From positions 1,039 to 65,038 of IMG/VR virus record IMGVR_UViG_3300031994_000099: a DNA stretch of 64,000 bases; one strand, given 5' to 3'. How positions within the stretch are numbered: position 1 is the first letter of the stretch; every line of letters begins with the position of its first letter. A program made the translations under genes and the position numbers. Shown here in pieces: positions 1-9,043 of the stretch. This DNA comes from a virus (Duplodnaviria > Caudoviricetes). The notes under the pieces are model-generated. The model was not told where the DNA came from and did no database searches. It was given only the letters and a program-made list of their open reading frames with translations.

Positions 1-528
1 GAGGTTCAGGACCATATGCATGATAAATTCTTTAAGGCCTCCGCAAAAGTAGTCCGTGTCACGCATGGTGACCTGCTGCTTTGCCCGGAACTGAATCACC
101 TTTTGGCGGGGCAGGGGTTCCCCATGGGGTGCCATAAATTCCGGGGCGATGCTCAACACGGCCTCTATATTGGCGGCCCTCCCAGAAAACTCTGCCCGGA
201 GTTTTACCCCTTCGGACTCCATGCGGCCCTGCAGCTGGCCCAGGATATAGGCAATGTCTTCACGCCACTGGATGGTGGGGTAGCAGTCCGGGCAGGCATT
301 GTAATACCCGGCCCGGCGTTTAGACTCCCCGCAGATAGGGCAGCACTTGGAGGGCTTTTTGGGCTTGTATCCGTGTTCCTTGAAAAAGCGGTTGCGGAGT
401 TTACGCTTGATGCGGGCCAGCCTCCTGACCCCTGCCTCAGTGCGGTGGCTTACGCTGCCCCCGGAGTCCTTAAAGTCCTGGAGGTCTGCCAGCCCTGAGA
501 ATGTTTTGTAGGTGAGTCTTTTTATCAT
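1..528 (-). CDS. Hypothetical protein with CxxC...CxxC zinc-finger-like motif (3' end runs off the window)
   Basis: Manually translated open frame from ATG at 528 (MIKRLTYKTFSG...CCPICGES...CPDCYP) preceded by the RBS leader AAAAGGAAAAGCAACAT and a promoter-motif variant at 552-569; no stop inside the window. Confidence 0.6.
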   Translation of the reverse strand, partial: MIKRLTYKTFSGLADLQDFKDSGGSVSHRTEAGVRRLARIKRKLRNRFFKEHGYKPKKPSKCCPICGESKRRAGYYNACPDCYPTIQWREDIAYILGQLQGRMESEGVKLRAEFSGRAANIEAVLSIAPEFMAPHGEPLPRQKVIQFRAKQQVTMRDTDYFCGGLKEFIMHMVLNL

Positions 529-551
529 ATGTTGCTTTTTCCTTTTCGGAA

Positions 552-1274
552 TTATACCCGGCTGGCCTGGGCTACAAAGTCCCGGAGGTCCGCAAGCCTA
601 GTTTCGGACCCGTCCCGCCTAACTGGCATCACGAGGGCCAGGATGTTGTTTTCACACCATACCCTCCCGGTGGTGAGGTTCTTTGCGTCCCCTATCATCC
701 GGGGGCAAATTCCCGTCCCAATTTCAGGGTCACCATATATGGCCCGGATTGCGTTCACAGCCTTGTCCACCTTGGACCCCAGGGAGGCGTCAAACGGGGC
801 AAGGCCCTCCGGGGTAAGATAGCCCGTGGGAATTAGGGCGGGCCAGTAGGGGACCGGGGCCGGGTTGGCTCCCCAGCAGCCTGAGTCAGACTCCCAGCGG
901 GGGCCGCCAAATAGGTAGGCCTCACCCTTTACCAGGACATTGCCTGGGAACACTCCCCTGGCCCATACCAGGCGACACTTATTGGCCAGGGCAGCCGGGC
1001 CACCTTCGGAGTCCATGAACTGGGCCTGGCCATCGGTAAGTTTGACGGCAACGAGGCAGTGCGAGTCAGTCCCAACGAGGTAGCCCCCGCCAGGGTATCG
1101 GGTATATGTGACGCAGTTCGTCATGGGCCTTCGGTCATCCGGGTCCTCAGACATATGCGTGAGTGGATAGAGGGCTTTTACAATCTTGACGAGGTCCTTG
1201 AGGGTCCCCTCTTCGCAAGGCCCAGCGGGTTGCTTCGGAGCCACTACCGGGTCCAACTTGAACAGCATACCCAT
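552..1274 (-). CDS. Hypothetical phage protein (240 aa)
   Basis: ORF track; fits the contiguous minus-strand gene array. Confidence 0.65.
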   Translation of the reverse strand: MGMLFKLDPVVAPKQPAGPCEEGTLKDLVKIVKALYPLTHMSEDPDDRRPMTNCVTYTRYPGGGYLVGTDSHCLVAVKLTDGQAQFMDSEGGPAALANKCRLVWARGVFPGNVLVKGEAYLFGGPRWESDSGCWGANPAPVPYWPALIPTGYLTPEGLAPFDASLGSKVDKAVNAIRAIYGDPEIGTGICPRMIGDAKNLTTGRVWCENNILALVMPVRRDGSETRLADLRDFVAQASRV

Positions 1275-1277
1275 AGC

Positions 1278-1427
1278 CTAGCACCCCCGTTCAATATAGC
1301 CGCATACGGCATAGGCGGCCACCAGCAAGAGGCAGGCAGCCCAGGCCTTGAGGCGTTCCTTCAGTTCTTGACGGCGGCGGTATCTAACCCAGCCACCCCT
1401 GGGAGTGTATTCATTGACTTCAAACAT
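1278..1427 (-). CDS. Small hypothetical protein with C-terminal TM segment
   Basis: MFEVNEY...AWAACLLLVAAYAVCGYIERGC; ATG overlaps the upstream TGA (ATGTTTGA). Confidence 0.5.
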   Translation of the reverse strand: MFEVNEYTPRGGWVRYRRRQELKERLKAWAACLLLVAAYAVCGYIERGC

Positions 1428-1728
1428 GGTTGGCTCCATAAAAGATGAGGTAAATTGTATGGTAGATGATTTCAGGGGCATAGGGTAGGGAGGCCCCATT
1501 GCCCATTCTTACGGATGCCCTGCGGAAACACTTTTGGGCCTCCTGGGATAGTTCCCGGACCTTTTCAGCAGGGACACCGGGCTCAATTAGGATACAGACA
1601 CTGCGGTCAGTCCCCAGAGTTCCCCAGCGGGTCCCGTGGACCGGGATGCCCCTGGACTCTGCCAGGCCCTTTAGACGGGTCACGCACTTGGTCTCATAGG
1701 CCCGGCGGGTATTTACTTTCACGGCCAT
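1420..1728 (-). CDS. Hypothetical protein
   Basis: ORF track; operon spacing. Confidence 0.55.
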   Translation of the reverse strand: MAVKVNTRRAYETKCVTRLKGLAESRGIPVHGTRWGTLGTDRSVCILIEPGVPAEKVRELSQEAQKCFRRASVRMGNGASLPYAPEIIYHTIYLIFYGANHV

Positions 1729-1740
1729 CCGGGTCCCTCC

Positions 1741-2004
1741 CTAGTCAAACAGACCTGCGGCCTGGATAGAATCCATCACGAGTTTGACCTGGTAGGCATA
1801 GTTGTAGCCCTGGAGGCAGTTCACGGCCCCGCCCGTGGGCCCGGTCTTAACTTCAATGCAGAGGTTGCGGCATTCCCGGAACAACTTGAACTGGTCGGGG
1901 TTCCAGTTCATGCGGGTGATGAGGTCCGCAAGGAAAATAGCAATGGGGAGTTCCCGGAGGTCTTCAGCCGGGGCAATCTTGGCGAGGTTTTCAGAAATAG
2001 GCAT
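1741..2004 (-). CDS. Hypothetical protein (MPISENL...)
   Basis: ORF track; start moved to the ATG after the AAGGAACCAATC RBS. Confidence 0.6.
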   Translation of the reverse strand: MPISENLAKIAPAEDLRELPIAIFLADLITRMNWNPDQFKLFRECRNLCIEVKTGPTGGAVNCLQGYNYAYQVKLVMDSIQAAGLFD

Positions 2005-2077
2005 GATTGGTTCCTTGGTTAGGGTTAAGAGGTAAAGGGGGCAGGGCGGTTCCCCGCCCCCGGTTGTCGGACTAGAT

Positions 2078-2659
2078 TTATTTGGTGAGCGACAGCCTGA
2101 TGTGAGGCTTGTTAGCAAGTTCTATTACATAGGTGTTTTGACCATTCCACTTTTCCACATAGTAACCCAGGATGTCCTTTTTGGGCATTGTCTTGTAGCC
2201 GTTGGTTTTACGGGTGATTTTGAAGCAGGCAGCAATAGCCTTTTCGGAGTGGTTCAGGGGGCCATCAGGGTTGTAGCGGTTCTCATGGCGGCTGAGGTTC
2301 TTTTTGTAGGCCTCTTCAGCCGCAGCCTTATCCGCAGTAAAGTAGCAGCGGCGTTCATCCCCCATAGCATAAAAGGTGGTTTTTTCGGAGTTGCGCAATT
2401 CAGAAATCCAGAGGGTGTCGCCCGGTCTAAAACCTTCAGCCGCCTCCCCAAACTCAACCACGCAGGTGTCCGGGCTGCTCATAGAGTATTTAACCGCATG
2501 GGCAACCAGCATAAAGTAGCGATTGTTCTTGGTGAAGGCCACCTTGCCAATTTCGCCCTGATGACCACGCATACCCTCAAGAAAAAGGGAGTAACCCTGG
2601 GCAAGCAGTTCGGCGGTCTTTTCGTCAAACATTTTGGTGATAGCGGTGATGTTCTTCAT
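2078..2659 (-). CDS. Early hypothetical protein (193 aa)
   Basis: Directly downstream of early promoter/leader cassette copy 1. Confidence 0.7.
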   Translation of the reverse strand: MKNITAITKMFDEKTAELLAQGYSLFLEGMRGHQGEIGKVAFTKNNRYFMLVAHAVKYSMSSPDTCVVEFGEAAEGFRPGDTLWISELRNSEKTTFYAMGDERRCYFTADKAAAEEAYKKNLSRHENRYNPDGPLNHSEKAIAACFKITRKTNGYKTMPKKDILGYYVEKWNGQNTYVIELANKPHIRLSLTK

Positions 2660-2779
2660 GGTTCTAGTCCTTTGGGCCGGAGGCCCGGTTGTTTTGTCCT
2701 TTAACGCTTATAAATATAACTCTTTTTTCGTGAAAAGGGTAGGGGTCCGGGCCATTATTTTTAGTAAAATTTTATTTAC
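2660..2779 (-). promoter_or_regulatory. Early promoter/leader cassette, copy 1 of 5
   Basis: GTAAATAAAATTTTAC...AAGAGTTATATTTATAAGCGTTAAAGGA...hairpin...AAAGGACTAGAACC-ATG; near-identical at 10000, 34838, 35942, 62949. Confidence 0.85.
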
Positions 2780-2781
2780 TT

Positions 2782-3711
2782 TTAACCTCTCATCAGTTCC
2801 GCCATTAGTTCCTGGGCCTCAGCCGGGGTCAGGTCCCCGGGGTCCCTGGGTTCCCCCTTCGGATTTTTCCCCAGGTCGGCACGGGCCACCCACACCTTAT
2901 TCCCGCAGGAGGCTATATCACGGGCGGCAGCCCTGGCGTGCTCCTGGGCCTCGTCTTCAGGGTCAAACAGAAATACAACCTCTGACCAGCGGGTCAGGAG
3001 GCTGACCTGCTCACGGGTCATAGAGGTCCCAAAGGTAGCCACAGAGCCGGGACCCATACGCCATTGGTCAAAAACCCCCTCCACTACCACAATGCGGTCT
3101 AGGTCCCTGGCGAGGTGGGCCCCATACAATAGGTGCTTATGGTGGGCCCCGGCCTCAGCCACGGGGCATCCCTTGTATCGCAGGTCTTGTTTCCCGGTAA
3201 TGTCCCGGCCCTGAAAATTTACGAGGTTCCCGTCTAGGTCATAAATTGGGATGATTATGCGGAGCCTGAAGTCACTCCCCTTCCATATAGAGGTGGGCCC
3301 GGTTCCCTTTATCCCATACCGCTCCACAAGTTGCTGGGCCCTGAAATTACGCTTGTGCAGGTAGTCAATATGGGGCTGCTCTAGGGCACCGCCTGGGATG
3401 CCCTCCAGGATTTTCCCGGTGGCTGTCTTTCGCTCCGGGGCAGATGTATGAACGGACCCGGTGGTGTAGTCCCTAATCAGCCGCTGGGCCTCTGCTAGGG
3501 GTAGGCGGGCGGCTAGGGACAAGGCCCGTGTAGGGCTACAGCCGGGGCAACGCCAACATTGATAGTCCCCATTGTCTATGCCAAAGGACCCGTGGTTGGA
3601 ATGGTCCCCGCACAATGGGCACTGGATATTTACCCGGCCCGGCGTGCAGTTCTTGCCACTGGTCCAGTTAGGCACCCGGAGGCTATCAAGTAGGCGGGCC
3701 CAATCAACCAT
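2782..3711 (-). CDS. DNA primase (N-terminal Zn finger plus TOPRIM)
   Basis: CPLCGDH...CWRC zinc finger; TOPRIM motifs VVVEGVFD and FLFDPEDEA. Confidence 0.85.
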   Translation of the reverse strand: MVDWARLLDSLRVPNWTSGKNCTPGRVNIQCPLCGDHSNHGSFGIDNGDYQCWRCPGCSPTRALSLAARLPLAEAQRLIRDYTTGSVHTSAPERKTATGKILEGIPGGALEQPHIDYLHKRNFRAQQLVERYGIKGTGPTSIWKGSDFRLRIIIPIYDLDGNLVNFQGRDITGKQDLRYKGCPVAEAGAHHKHLLYGAHLARDLDRIVVVEGVFDQWRMGPGSVATFGTSMTREQVSLLTRWSEVVFLFDPEDEAQEHARAAARDIASCGNKVWVARADLGKNPKGEPRDPGDLTPAEAQELMAELMRG

Positions 3712-3868
3712 TAGGGACCTCAGAACCTGCCAGCCCCCACTTCAATACCTTTTCCCAGGCAACGGCACGGGCCTCTGCCATTTCCTCTTCAGTAGGGGTC
3801 CGGGTATCTAGTCCCCGGTCACGGACTACCTGGGCCAGGGCAACCTGGTATCTTTCACTTTCAGTCAT
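3704..3868 (-). CDS. Small hypothetical protein (MTESERYQ...)
   Basis: ATG overlaps the upstream stop (ATGACTGA); the longer ORF-track start overlaps another gene. Confidence 0.5.
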   Translation of the reverse strand: MTESERYQVALAQVVRDRGLDTRTPTEEEMAEARAVAWEKVLKWGLAGSEVPNG

Positions 3869-4382
3869 CTTTAGCCTCGTCAGTTTCATCCGGGAGCGGG
3901 AGCGGCCTGGCTGTCTCATTGAACAACCTGCCCTCCCCAATAAGCAGCGGGTGGATGGCCCAGACCTTGGTCTGATACAACACCCCGGCCTCACGGAGTT
4001 TCTGAACATCGTTGCGCACGGCGGGTTCACTCCTGCCCATAGCCTTGGCGAGTTCGCTGATGGTCAGGGTAGGGTTGAGGGCTATCCACTGAAGGACCCG
4101 GCCCCGGCTGCTTGAGAGGGTCCTGGATTGTATCTGGGGGCGGTGGCAGAACTTAACACCCGGAGCCACGACAATGCGGGGCGGGTATTTGCCTGAGTAG
4201 TGCTTCCACACTTCGGAGTTCGGCCAGAGCCTCCGCACATGCTTATACGGGTTGTAGTGGTCCGGGGTCCAGTCCGTGGTATTTATCGGGGCACCCTTGA
4301 ACGCCGTCAAGAATGCCTTCAGGCGTTCAGTCCGGGCCTGGGCTGCGGCCTTTTCCCCTGGGACATTATATTTTTTCATCAT
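3861..4382 (-). CDS. Winged-HTH DNA-binding protein
   Basis: LTISELAKAMGRSEPAVRNDVQKLREAGVL helix-turn-helix pattern. Confidence 0.65.
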   Translation of the reverse strand: MMKKYNVPGEKAAAQARTERLKAFLTAFKGAPINTTDWTPDHYNPYKHVRRLWPNSEVWKHYSGKYPPRIVVAPGVKFCHRPQIQSRTLSSSRGRVLQWIALNPTLTISELAKAMGRSEPAVRNDVQKLREAGVLYQTKVWAIHPLLIGEGRLFNETARPLPLPDETDEAKDD

Positions 4383-4564
4383 TCATCCTTTGGGCGGTCA
4401 TTATCGGCTGCCCGCTTTTCGTGGTAGTTATACCCATGATATATGGCCCATGCTCCTATAACATAGGGGAGGGAGAACAGAGCGGTCAAGGCCCCTACAA
4501 TAAGGGCGGGGGCCGCAATAGCCCCCACCACTAGGTAGCCAGCGAGGTCCCGGACTCTAGGCAT
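4379..4564 (-). CDS. Small membrane protein
   Basis: Long hydrophobic stretch GYLVVGAIAAPALIVGALTALFSLPYVIGAWAIY. Confidence 0.55.
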   Translation of the reverse strand: MPRVRDLAGYLVVGAIAAPALIVGALTALFSLPYVIGAWAIYHGYNYHEKRAADNDRPKDE

Positions 4565-5180
4565 CAGAGGCCTCCGGGTCACGGGCCTCTACAATGGACT
4601 TGCGCCACTTCATGCCCACCTTAAATTCCCGGTCAGGAATTATACCAGTGTCGCTTACATCGGCCACCATTACCACCTGGATACCAAGGCGGCGGCTGAT
4701 AGCCTTTAGCATGTCCCCCAGGCGTTGCCTTGCCCGGCCACGGATAAACTTGAAGGGCTCATCCAGGAGCAGGACACGGGCGTTGGTAGAGAGCGTGAGG
4801 CAGCAGATGCGGAGGGCCAGGGATATAACATCCACGACACCTCCCCCGTTGGAGTCCAGCGGGTCCATCCGGGTCCCGTCCTTATCCAGCCACATGTCCA
4901 CTTCGGTCCTGCCCCTGCGGGGAGTGAATTCAACCTTGAAGGTGTAGGAGCCGGGGAACACTACATCAAGGGCGGTCTGGGTAATGTCCTCAAGCCTGAC
5001 CCTCAGCTGGTCCTGGGTAGCGGCGGCCACGCCCTGGATAATAGCCACGGCGGCGTCAATGTCCTTTTTCCGCTGGGTCAGGCGGTCCACTTCGGAGCGG
5101 GCCTGGTCCCGTTGGGCAATCCGGGCCTGGCGTATGCCCTGGAGCCTTGCGGCTGCAGTAGATACCCCGGCGGCGTTCAT
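4557..5180 (-). CDS. sbcC: SbcC/Rad50 C-terminal half (ABC signature plus Walker B)
   Basis: Coiled coil, then signature-like SNGGGVVDVISLALR and Walker B LLLDEPF; no Walker A. Confidence 0.8.
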   Translation of the reverse strand: MNAAGVSTAAARLQGIRQARIAQRDQARSEVDRLTQRKKDIDAAVAIIQGVAAATQDQLRVRLEDITQTALDVVFPGSYTFKVEFTPRRGRTEVDMWLDKDGTRMDPLDSNGGGVVDVISLALRICCLTLSTNARVLLLDEPFKFIRGRARQRLGDMLKAISRRLGIQVVMVADVSDTGIIPDREFKVGMKWRKSIVEARDPEASDA

Positions 5181-5419
5181 CGCACGGCCTCCGCAGAGGC
5201 AATAAGGCGTTCAGCCTCTGCCATCTGCTCATCATACTCCTTTTGGAGGGCATCCAGTTCGGACTCTGTCTGGGCCTTAATCTTTTCAATTTCATCCGGG
5301 GAGTCCACGCCAAAATCTGCCTTCCACTGGGCCTTGATATTGTCAATGGTCCCCTGGGCACGGGCACGGCGTTCCTTTTGTTCATCTAGTCGGCGGCTGA
5401 GAGTTGCTACATCAGGCAT
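5177..5419 (-). CDS. Coiled-coil hypothetical protein
   Basis: Heptad-rich 80 aa; translationally coupled to its neighbours. Confidence 0.6.
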   Translation of the reverse strand: MPDVATLSRRLDEQKERRARAQGTIDNIKAQWKADFGVDSPDEIEKIKAQTESELDALQKEYDEQMAEAERLIASAEAVR

Positions 5420-6039
5420 TACACGGCCCCCAGGCTTTCAAGTTTTTTCAATACGGACTCTGCCGCCTCCACATCACCTTCGCAGTAGTGCTTGATGCGG
5501 TCCTTGTCCCCGGCCCTGAAGAGGTCCCACACCTGGTCCCCGTGTTCGTGTTCCTTCGGGTCCGGGAGGTTGAGCAGGAGGCAAGCGGAGCGGAGCGACA
5601 TGGGGGCATAGCCGCCAAATTTCATCAGTTCCATCGTGTCCTGGTGCTGGATGTCCCAGGGCTTTTTCCCGGCGGTCTTGAGGGAGTTCGGGAGCGGGAG
5701 GGCCTGGGCCATATAGCGTTTAGCCAGGAACGGGATGTCAAAGCCCTTGATGTTATGGCCAATAAGGACCACGCCCGGCTGGTCCAGCCAGGAGCCCAGG
5801 GCATACAACATTTCCTTTTCCTCACCTGCGAGGGCGGCACGGGAAAAGGCCATATTGTCGGCACCATATTCCTTGAGGCAGACGCAGCAGGTCATCCCAA
5901 ATTCCGGGTAAAGTCCTGCGAGGTGTTCCAGTTCCTCCGGGGCCTTGTCGGGGTTCTTTTCCCCGGCCCACTGCTGGAACCAGGTATTCATAATGCCCGG
6001 ACGGGGCACTGTTTCAATGTCAAGCACGAGTCTTTTCAT
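5419..6039 (-). CDS. DEDD 3'-5' exonuclease
   Basis: ExoI LDIET, ExoII GHNIKGFDIPFL, ExoIII YCEGDV. Confidence 0.85.
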   Translation of the reverse strand: MKRLVLDIETVPRPGIMNTWFQQWAGEKNPDKAPEELEHLAGLYPEFGMTCCVCLKEYGADNMAFSRAALAGEEKEMLYALGSWLDQPGVVLIGHNIKGFDIPFLAKRYMAQALPLPNSLKTAGKKPWDIQHQDTMELMKFGGYAPMSLRSACLLLNLPDPKEHEHGDQVWDLFRAGDKDRIKHYCEGDVEAAESVLKKLESLGAV

Positions 6040-6051
6040 AGTTGCTTTTCC

Positions 6052-6336
6052 TTATTGATGGGTGTAGATAAATGTGGGGTGTTTACGGGTTGCCTCAAAC
6101 TGGTCTGCGGTCCGTTGGGTATTATATGAGAACCACTCATTGGCCTCCTCATCGGACATTCCCTGCTGAACAAGGCAGTCCAAGACCTTGTCGTGGTCAT
6201 ACACGGCCCGGATTGTATCGGAGCCGTCAAGGGCCTGGTCCCAGATGTAGCCCACCAGGGCGGGTTCCAGGTTGGGAAAAATAATCACCTCCAGGCAGTG
6301 GTCCTGGGCGAGGTCTTGAAGTTCTGCGTGGGTCAT
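6052..6336 (-). CDS. Hypothetical protein
   Basis: ORF track; preceded by a CCGG-N7-GGTATAA promoter motif at 6374-6391. Confidence 0.6.
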   Translation of the reverse strand: MTHAELQDLAQDHCLEVIIFPNLEPALVGYIWDQALDGSDTIRAVYDHDKVLDCLVQQGMSDEEANEWFSYNTQRTADQFEATRKHPTFIYTHQ

Positions 6337-7238
6337 CGTCTATCCTTATTGAGGTGGTCAAGCACCTCGTTTATTATACCCTTGACGCCGGGGGCGGTTC
6401 CAGGTTCCTCTGCCGCAGCCTTCAGGTTGTCGGTAAAGGATAGGGTCACGGAGGCAGCTGCCGTTGCGACCTCCAGGCACTTATCCATCCGCTCATCCCG
6501 CTCCTTTTCGGCAGCCAGGTAGTCCGTGACCACATCGGCAGAATTGAGGGGGAGGTAGTGAGGCGTGACCTGGGCCGTGCCGGTGTCCCAGATATATACA
6601 CGGGGCTTGTAGTCATCCATGTCTGCGGCCTGGATATTAAGGCAGCCCGGAGTAATTACCCGGCGGCCATCTGCCCCAGTGTAGACATAGCCCCGGTGAT
6701 AGTCCCCCGTGACCACTACCTGAACGCCCGGAGCCTCGTCAAGGAGGTCCTGGGCTATCTTACCCCCGGCCATAGGGGGCTTGGTCTCAGCGTTCTCAAA
6801 GGTCAGCTGGTGAGTGGCCCATACATCGGTATGGGGGTCAACCGGGTCCAGGCCAAACGGGGCGGCGGTAAGAGTGAACCCCCTAGAGTCCTCACGGGTG
6901 CGGAGTTCGGGGAATGACTTGAGGACAATCCCAAGGCTGCTCTGCTCCAGGTTCCCATAGTCATGATAGGGGAGGTCATGGTTGCCCGGCAGGATATAGA
7001 CCGGGCAGACCTCCCGGAGGTTCTTGAGGCCTACCAGGACCATATTGACGGCCTCTGTGGCTGCACGGGGCTGGTGGAACAAATCACCTAGCACCCACGC
7101 CTCGTCAACCTTTTCCCGGCGGACTATATCTACCACGGCCTGAATGTCCTGACGCTGGGACTCAATCCAGTCCTCATCAATACGGCAGCGGGGGCGGTCC
7201 CCCCGGATGTGCCAGTCAGCAGTTAAAAGAATTTTCAT
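6333..7238 (-). CDS. sbcD: SbcD/Mre11 metallophosphoesterase nuclease
   Basis: ADWH, LGDLF, PGNHD, THQ, GDYH phosphoesterase motifs. Confidence 0.88.
   Translation of the reverse strand: MKILLTADWHIRGDRPRCRIDEDWIESQRQDIQAVVDIVRREKVDEAWVLGDLFHQPRAATEAVNMVLVGLKNLREVCPVYILPGNHDLPYHDYGNLEQSSLGIVLKSFPELRTREDSRGFTLTAAPFGLDPVDPHTDVWATHQLTFENAETKPPMAGGKIAQDLLDEAPGVQVVVTGDYHRGYVYTGADGRRVITPGCLNIQAADMDDYKPRVYIWDTGTAQVTPHYLPLNSADVVTDYLAAEKERDERMDKCLEVATAAASVTLSFTDNLKAAAEEPGTAPGVKGIINEVLDHLNKDRR
6374..6391 (-). promoter_or_regulatory. Phage-specific promoter motif CCGG-N7-GGTATAA
   Basis: Exact motif; 8 exact copies with fixed spacing, all upstream of minus-strand genes. Confidence 0.7.
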
Positions 7239-7462
7239 TGGGCATCCTCCTCATCCTCATCCTCATCCTCATCCGGGCCGTCAGTCAAGTCCGTAAGCAG
7301 CAGGATACAGCCGACAAGGACTGTCCAGGCCCAGGACCCTATAATGGAACAGACGATGCTCACGCCCATGCCCCAGTGGAGCAGGACAAATGGCAGGACT
7401 ACCATTGCGGCTGTAAATACAATGGCGGCCAACACCGCCATAATTGTCTTGAAATAGGTCAT
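7235..7462 (-). CDS. Small two-TM membrane protein with acidic tail
   Basis: Two hydrophobic segments and an EDEDEDEE tail; RBS AAAAGGAAAAGCAAC. Confidence 0.6.
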   Translation of the reverse strand: MTYFKTIMAVLAAIVFTAAMVVLPFVLLHWGMGVSIVCSIIGSWAWTVLVGCILLLTDLTDGPDEDEDEDEEDAQ

Positions 7463-7482
7463 GTTGCTTTTCCTTTTCGGAG

Positions 7483-7872
7483 TTATACCCGGCCCGCCTC
7501 TAGGTTGAACTGATGAGGGAATAGGGCGGGCAAAATTCCCCCGTTAATTTCTGAGGGCAGGACCTCACACCCGCAGTTGGCATAGTGGTAGCCATCTGCC
7601 TCGTGCCAGGCCCTGAACACCTGTTCCTGGACCGGGACCCAACGCCCGCCATTGTTAGGCTCTAGGGCTTGGGACAGAAAAACATCCACTGTTATGTCCC
7701 CCTTGTAGGGTATAAGGTCCTGGATGTGCTCTACAATAGCCCGGTCCAGCTGGGCCCATTCCGTTGCGTCCACCCATCCTAGAGTGTAGGTTGCGGAGGT
7801 CGGCACCCGTTGTTCCGGGAGTGGGTAGACAATGGTGGCCCGGTATTTAAGGCGGCCCACTACATTAGGCAT
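7483..7872 (-). CDS. Hypothetical protein
   Basis: ORF track; start at MPNVVG overlaps the upstream stop. Confidence 0.55.
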   Translation of the reverse strand: MPNVVGRLKYRATIVYPLPEQRVPTSATYTLGWVDATEWAQLDRAIVEHIQDLIPYKGDITVDVFLSQALEPNNGGRWVPVQEQVFRAWHEADGYHYANCGCEVLPSEINGGILPALFPHQFNLEAGRV

Positions 7873-8089
7873 ATTCATCCTCCAGTGAGAGTTCGTCACG
7901 ACATTCCGGGCAAATCCATTCCCCAGGACTATCCGGGGAGGGCACCCAGCACTTGCAGTTAAGGCGGTGGACCATATTCTTGATGGTTAGGAATGGCGGC
8001 AGCCCGGAATCCCGCCCACACTTTGAGCACTCAACCTTTTCGGGACCCCTGGGGCTGGTTTTCGGCACATATGCTGGTGGTCTAGGCAT
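7865..8089 (-). CDS. Small Zn-finger protein
   Basis: CSKCG...CPEC motifs. Confidence 0.55.
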   Translation of the reverse strand: MPRPPAYVPKTSPRGPEKVECSKCGRDSGLPPFLTIKNMVHRLNCKCWVPSPDSPGEWICPECRDELSLEDEYA

Positions 8090-8288
8090 TTTCTTTTTCC
8101 CAGGGTAGTAGGTAGTCAACCGGGGTGATAGTCAGCCTAAAACTGCCGGGAATAAGCCCGGCAACCTTTTCCTGGGCCCACTTCAGGACCGGGGCGAGGT
8201 TCCCACGCTTATATTCAACCTTGTCCTGGACCAACAATGCTGCCCGGTAAACTATGGGCGAGTTGTTCAATGGTTTTCTGTTGTTCAT
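8082..8288 (-). CDS. Hypothetical protein
   Basis: ORF track; overlaps the next ORF by 74 bp, start uncertain. Confidence 0.45.
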   Translation of the reverse strand: MNNRKPLNNSPIVYRAALLVQDKVEYKRGNLAPVLKWAQEKVAGLIPGSFRLTITPVDYLLPWEKENA

Positions 8289-8433
8289 CCGTCAATTCCT
8301 CCGCAGTCTTTAGCGTGTATTTGGTAGCCATTAAGGCCTCCAGGTTGTTCGCAATCTTTTCAAGGGCATCCGCAATCCGGGGGAGGCTAAAGGCCAGGGC
8401 GTTTGCTGCCTCAAGTTCGGCACGGGTCAGCAT
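8215..8433 (-). CDS. Hypothetical protein
   Basis: ORF track; coupled to the sigma gene stop. Confidence 0.5.
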   Translation of the reverse strand: MLTRAELEAANALAFSLPRIADALEKIANNLEALMATKYTLKTAEELTDEQQKTIEQLAHSLPGSIVGPGQG

Positions 8434-9017
8434 GCTCCCTCCAGTTCCATGAATTCATCCAGGTCCAGGCCATAGCGGTAAAGGTTCAGGTGTTTTACGA
8501 GGTCTGCCCAGGCCGCCTGGGTCCTGGCCCAGGTCCATCCCAGGTTGCGGAAAAGTCGGTGGTATGCTCCCCAGGCCGTCAGCTGGGTCCCCTTGCGGAC
8601 CTTGGATGCGGCGGGCGGGTCTAACTTACCCTGAAAATAGAGGTCCACCACGGCACGGGCATCGGGACCCATGGCCAGGTAGTAGTCCTCACCCTCCCCG
8701 TGGTCATCCCATTCCCCGCAGAGGTTCAGGGCCTCATCCTGGTCCCCGGTTTCGGGGTCGGTAAGTTTCGTGACCTCCCCGGCGTGGCGGGCACTAGAGC
8801 GGATGAAGTGGGTGAGGGCCTTCAGCTGGTTATAGAGGTGGGAGGTGAAGGTGGTCCCCTTTTCCGGGTCATAGTTCTCTGCGGCCCGGCAGAAAATAAG
8901 GGCGGCCTCAGCGTTCAGTTCCTCTGCGTCCACGGCAGGGCAGATGAGGGCATAGTGGTTGACCATCTTGTTGATAATTCCGGCACATTCCTGGTAGAGT
9001 TCGGCGGTTGCTTTCAT
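8427..9017 (-). CDS. Phage sigma-70-family (ECF-like) RNA polymerase sigma factor
   Basis: Region-2-like pattern AEELNAEAALIFCRAAENYDPEKGTTFTSHLY (compare D..QE..L...A..FDP.KG..F.TY). Confidence 0.7.
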   Translation of the reverse strand: MKATAELYQECAGIINKMVNHYALICPAVDAEELNAEAALIFCRAAENYDPEKGTTFTSHLYNQLKALTHFIRSSARHAGEVTKLTDPETGDQDEALNLCGEWDDHGEGEDYYLAMGPDARAVVDLYFQGKLDPPAASKVRKGTQLTAWGAYHRLFRNLGWTWARTQAAWADLVKHLNLYRYGLDLDEFMELEGAC

Positions 9018-9043
9018 GGCAGGTTCCTCTGGGCTAAAGATAA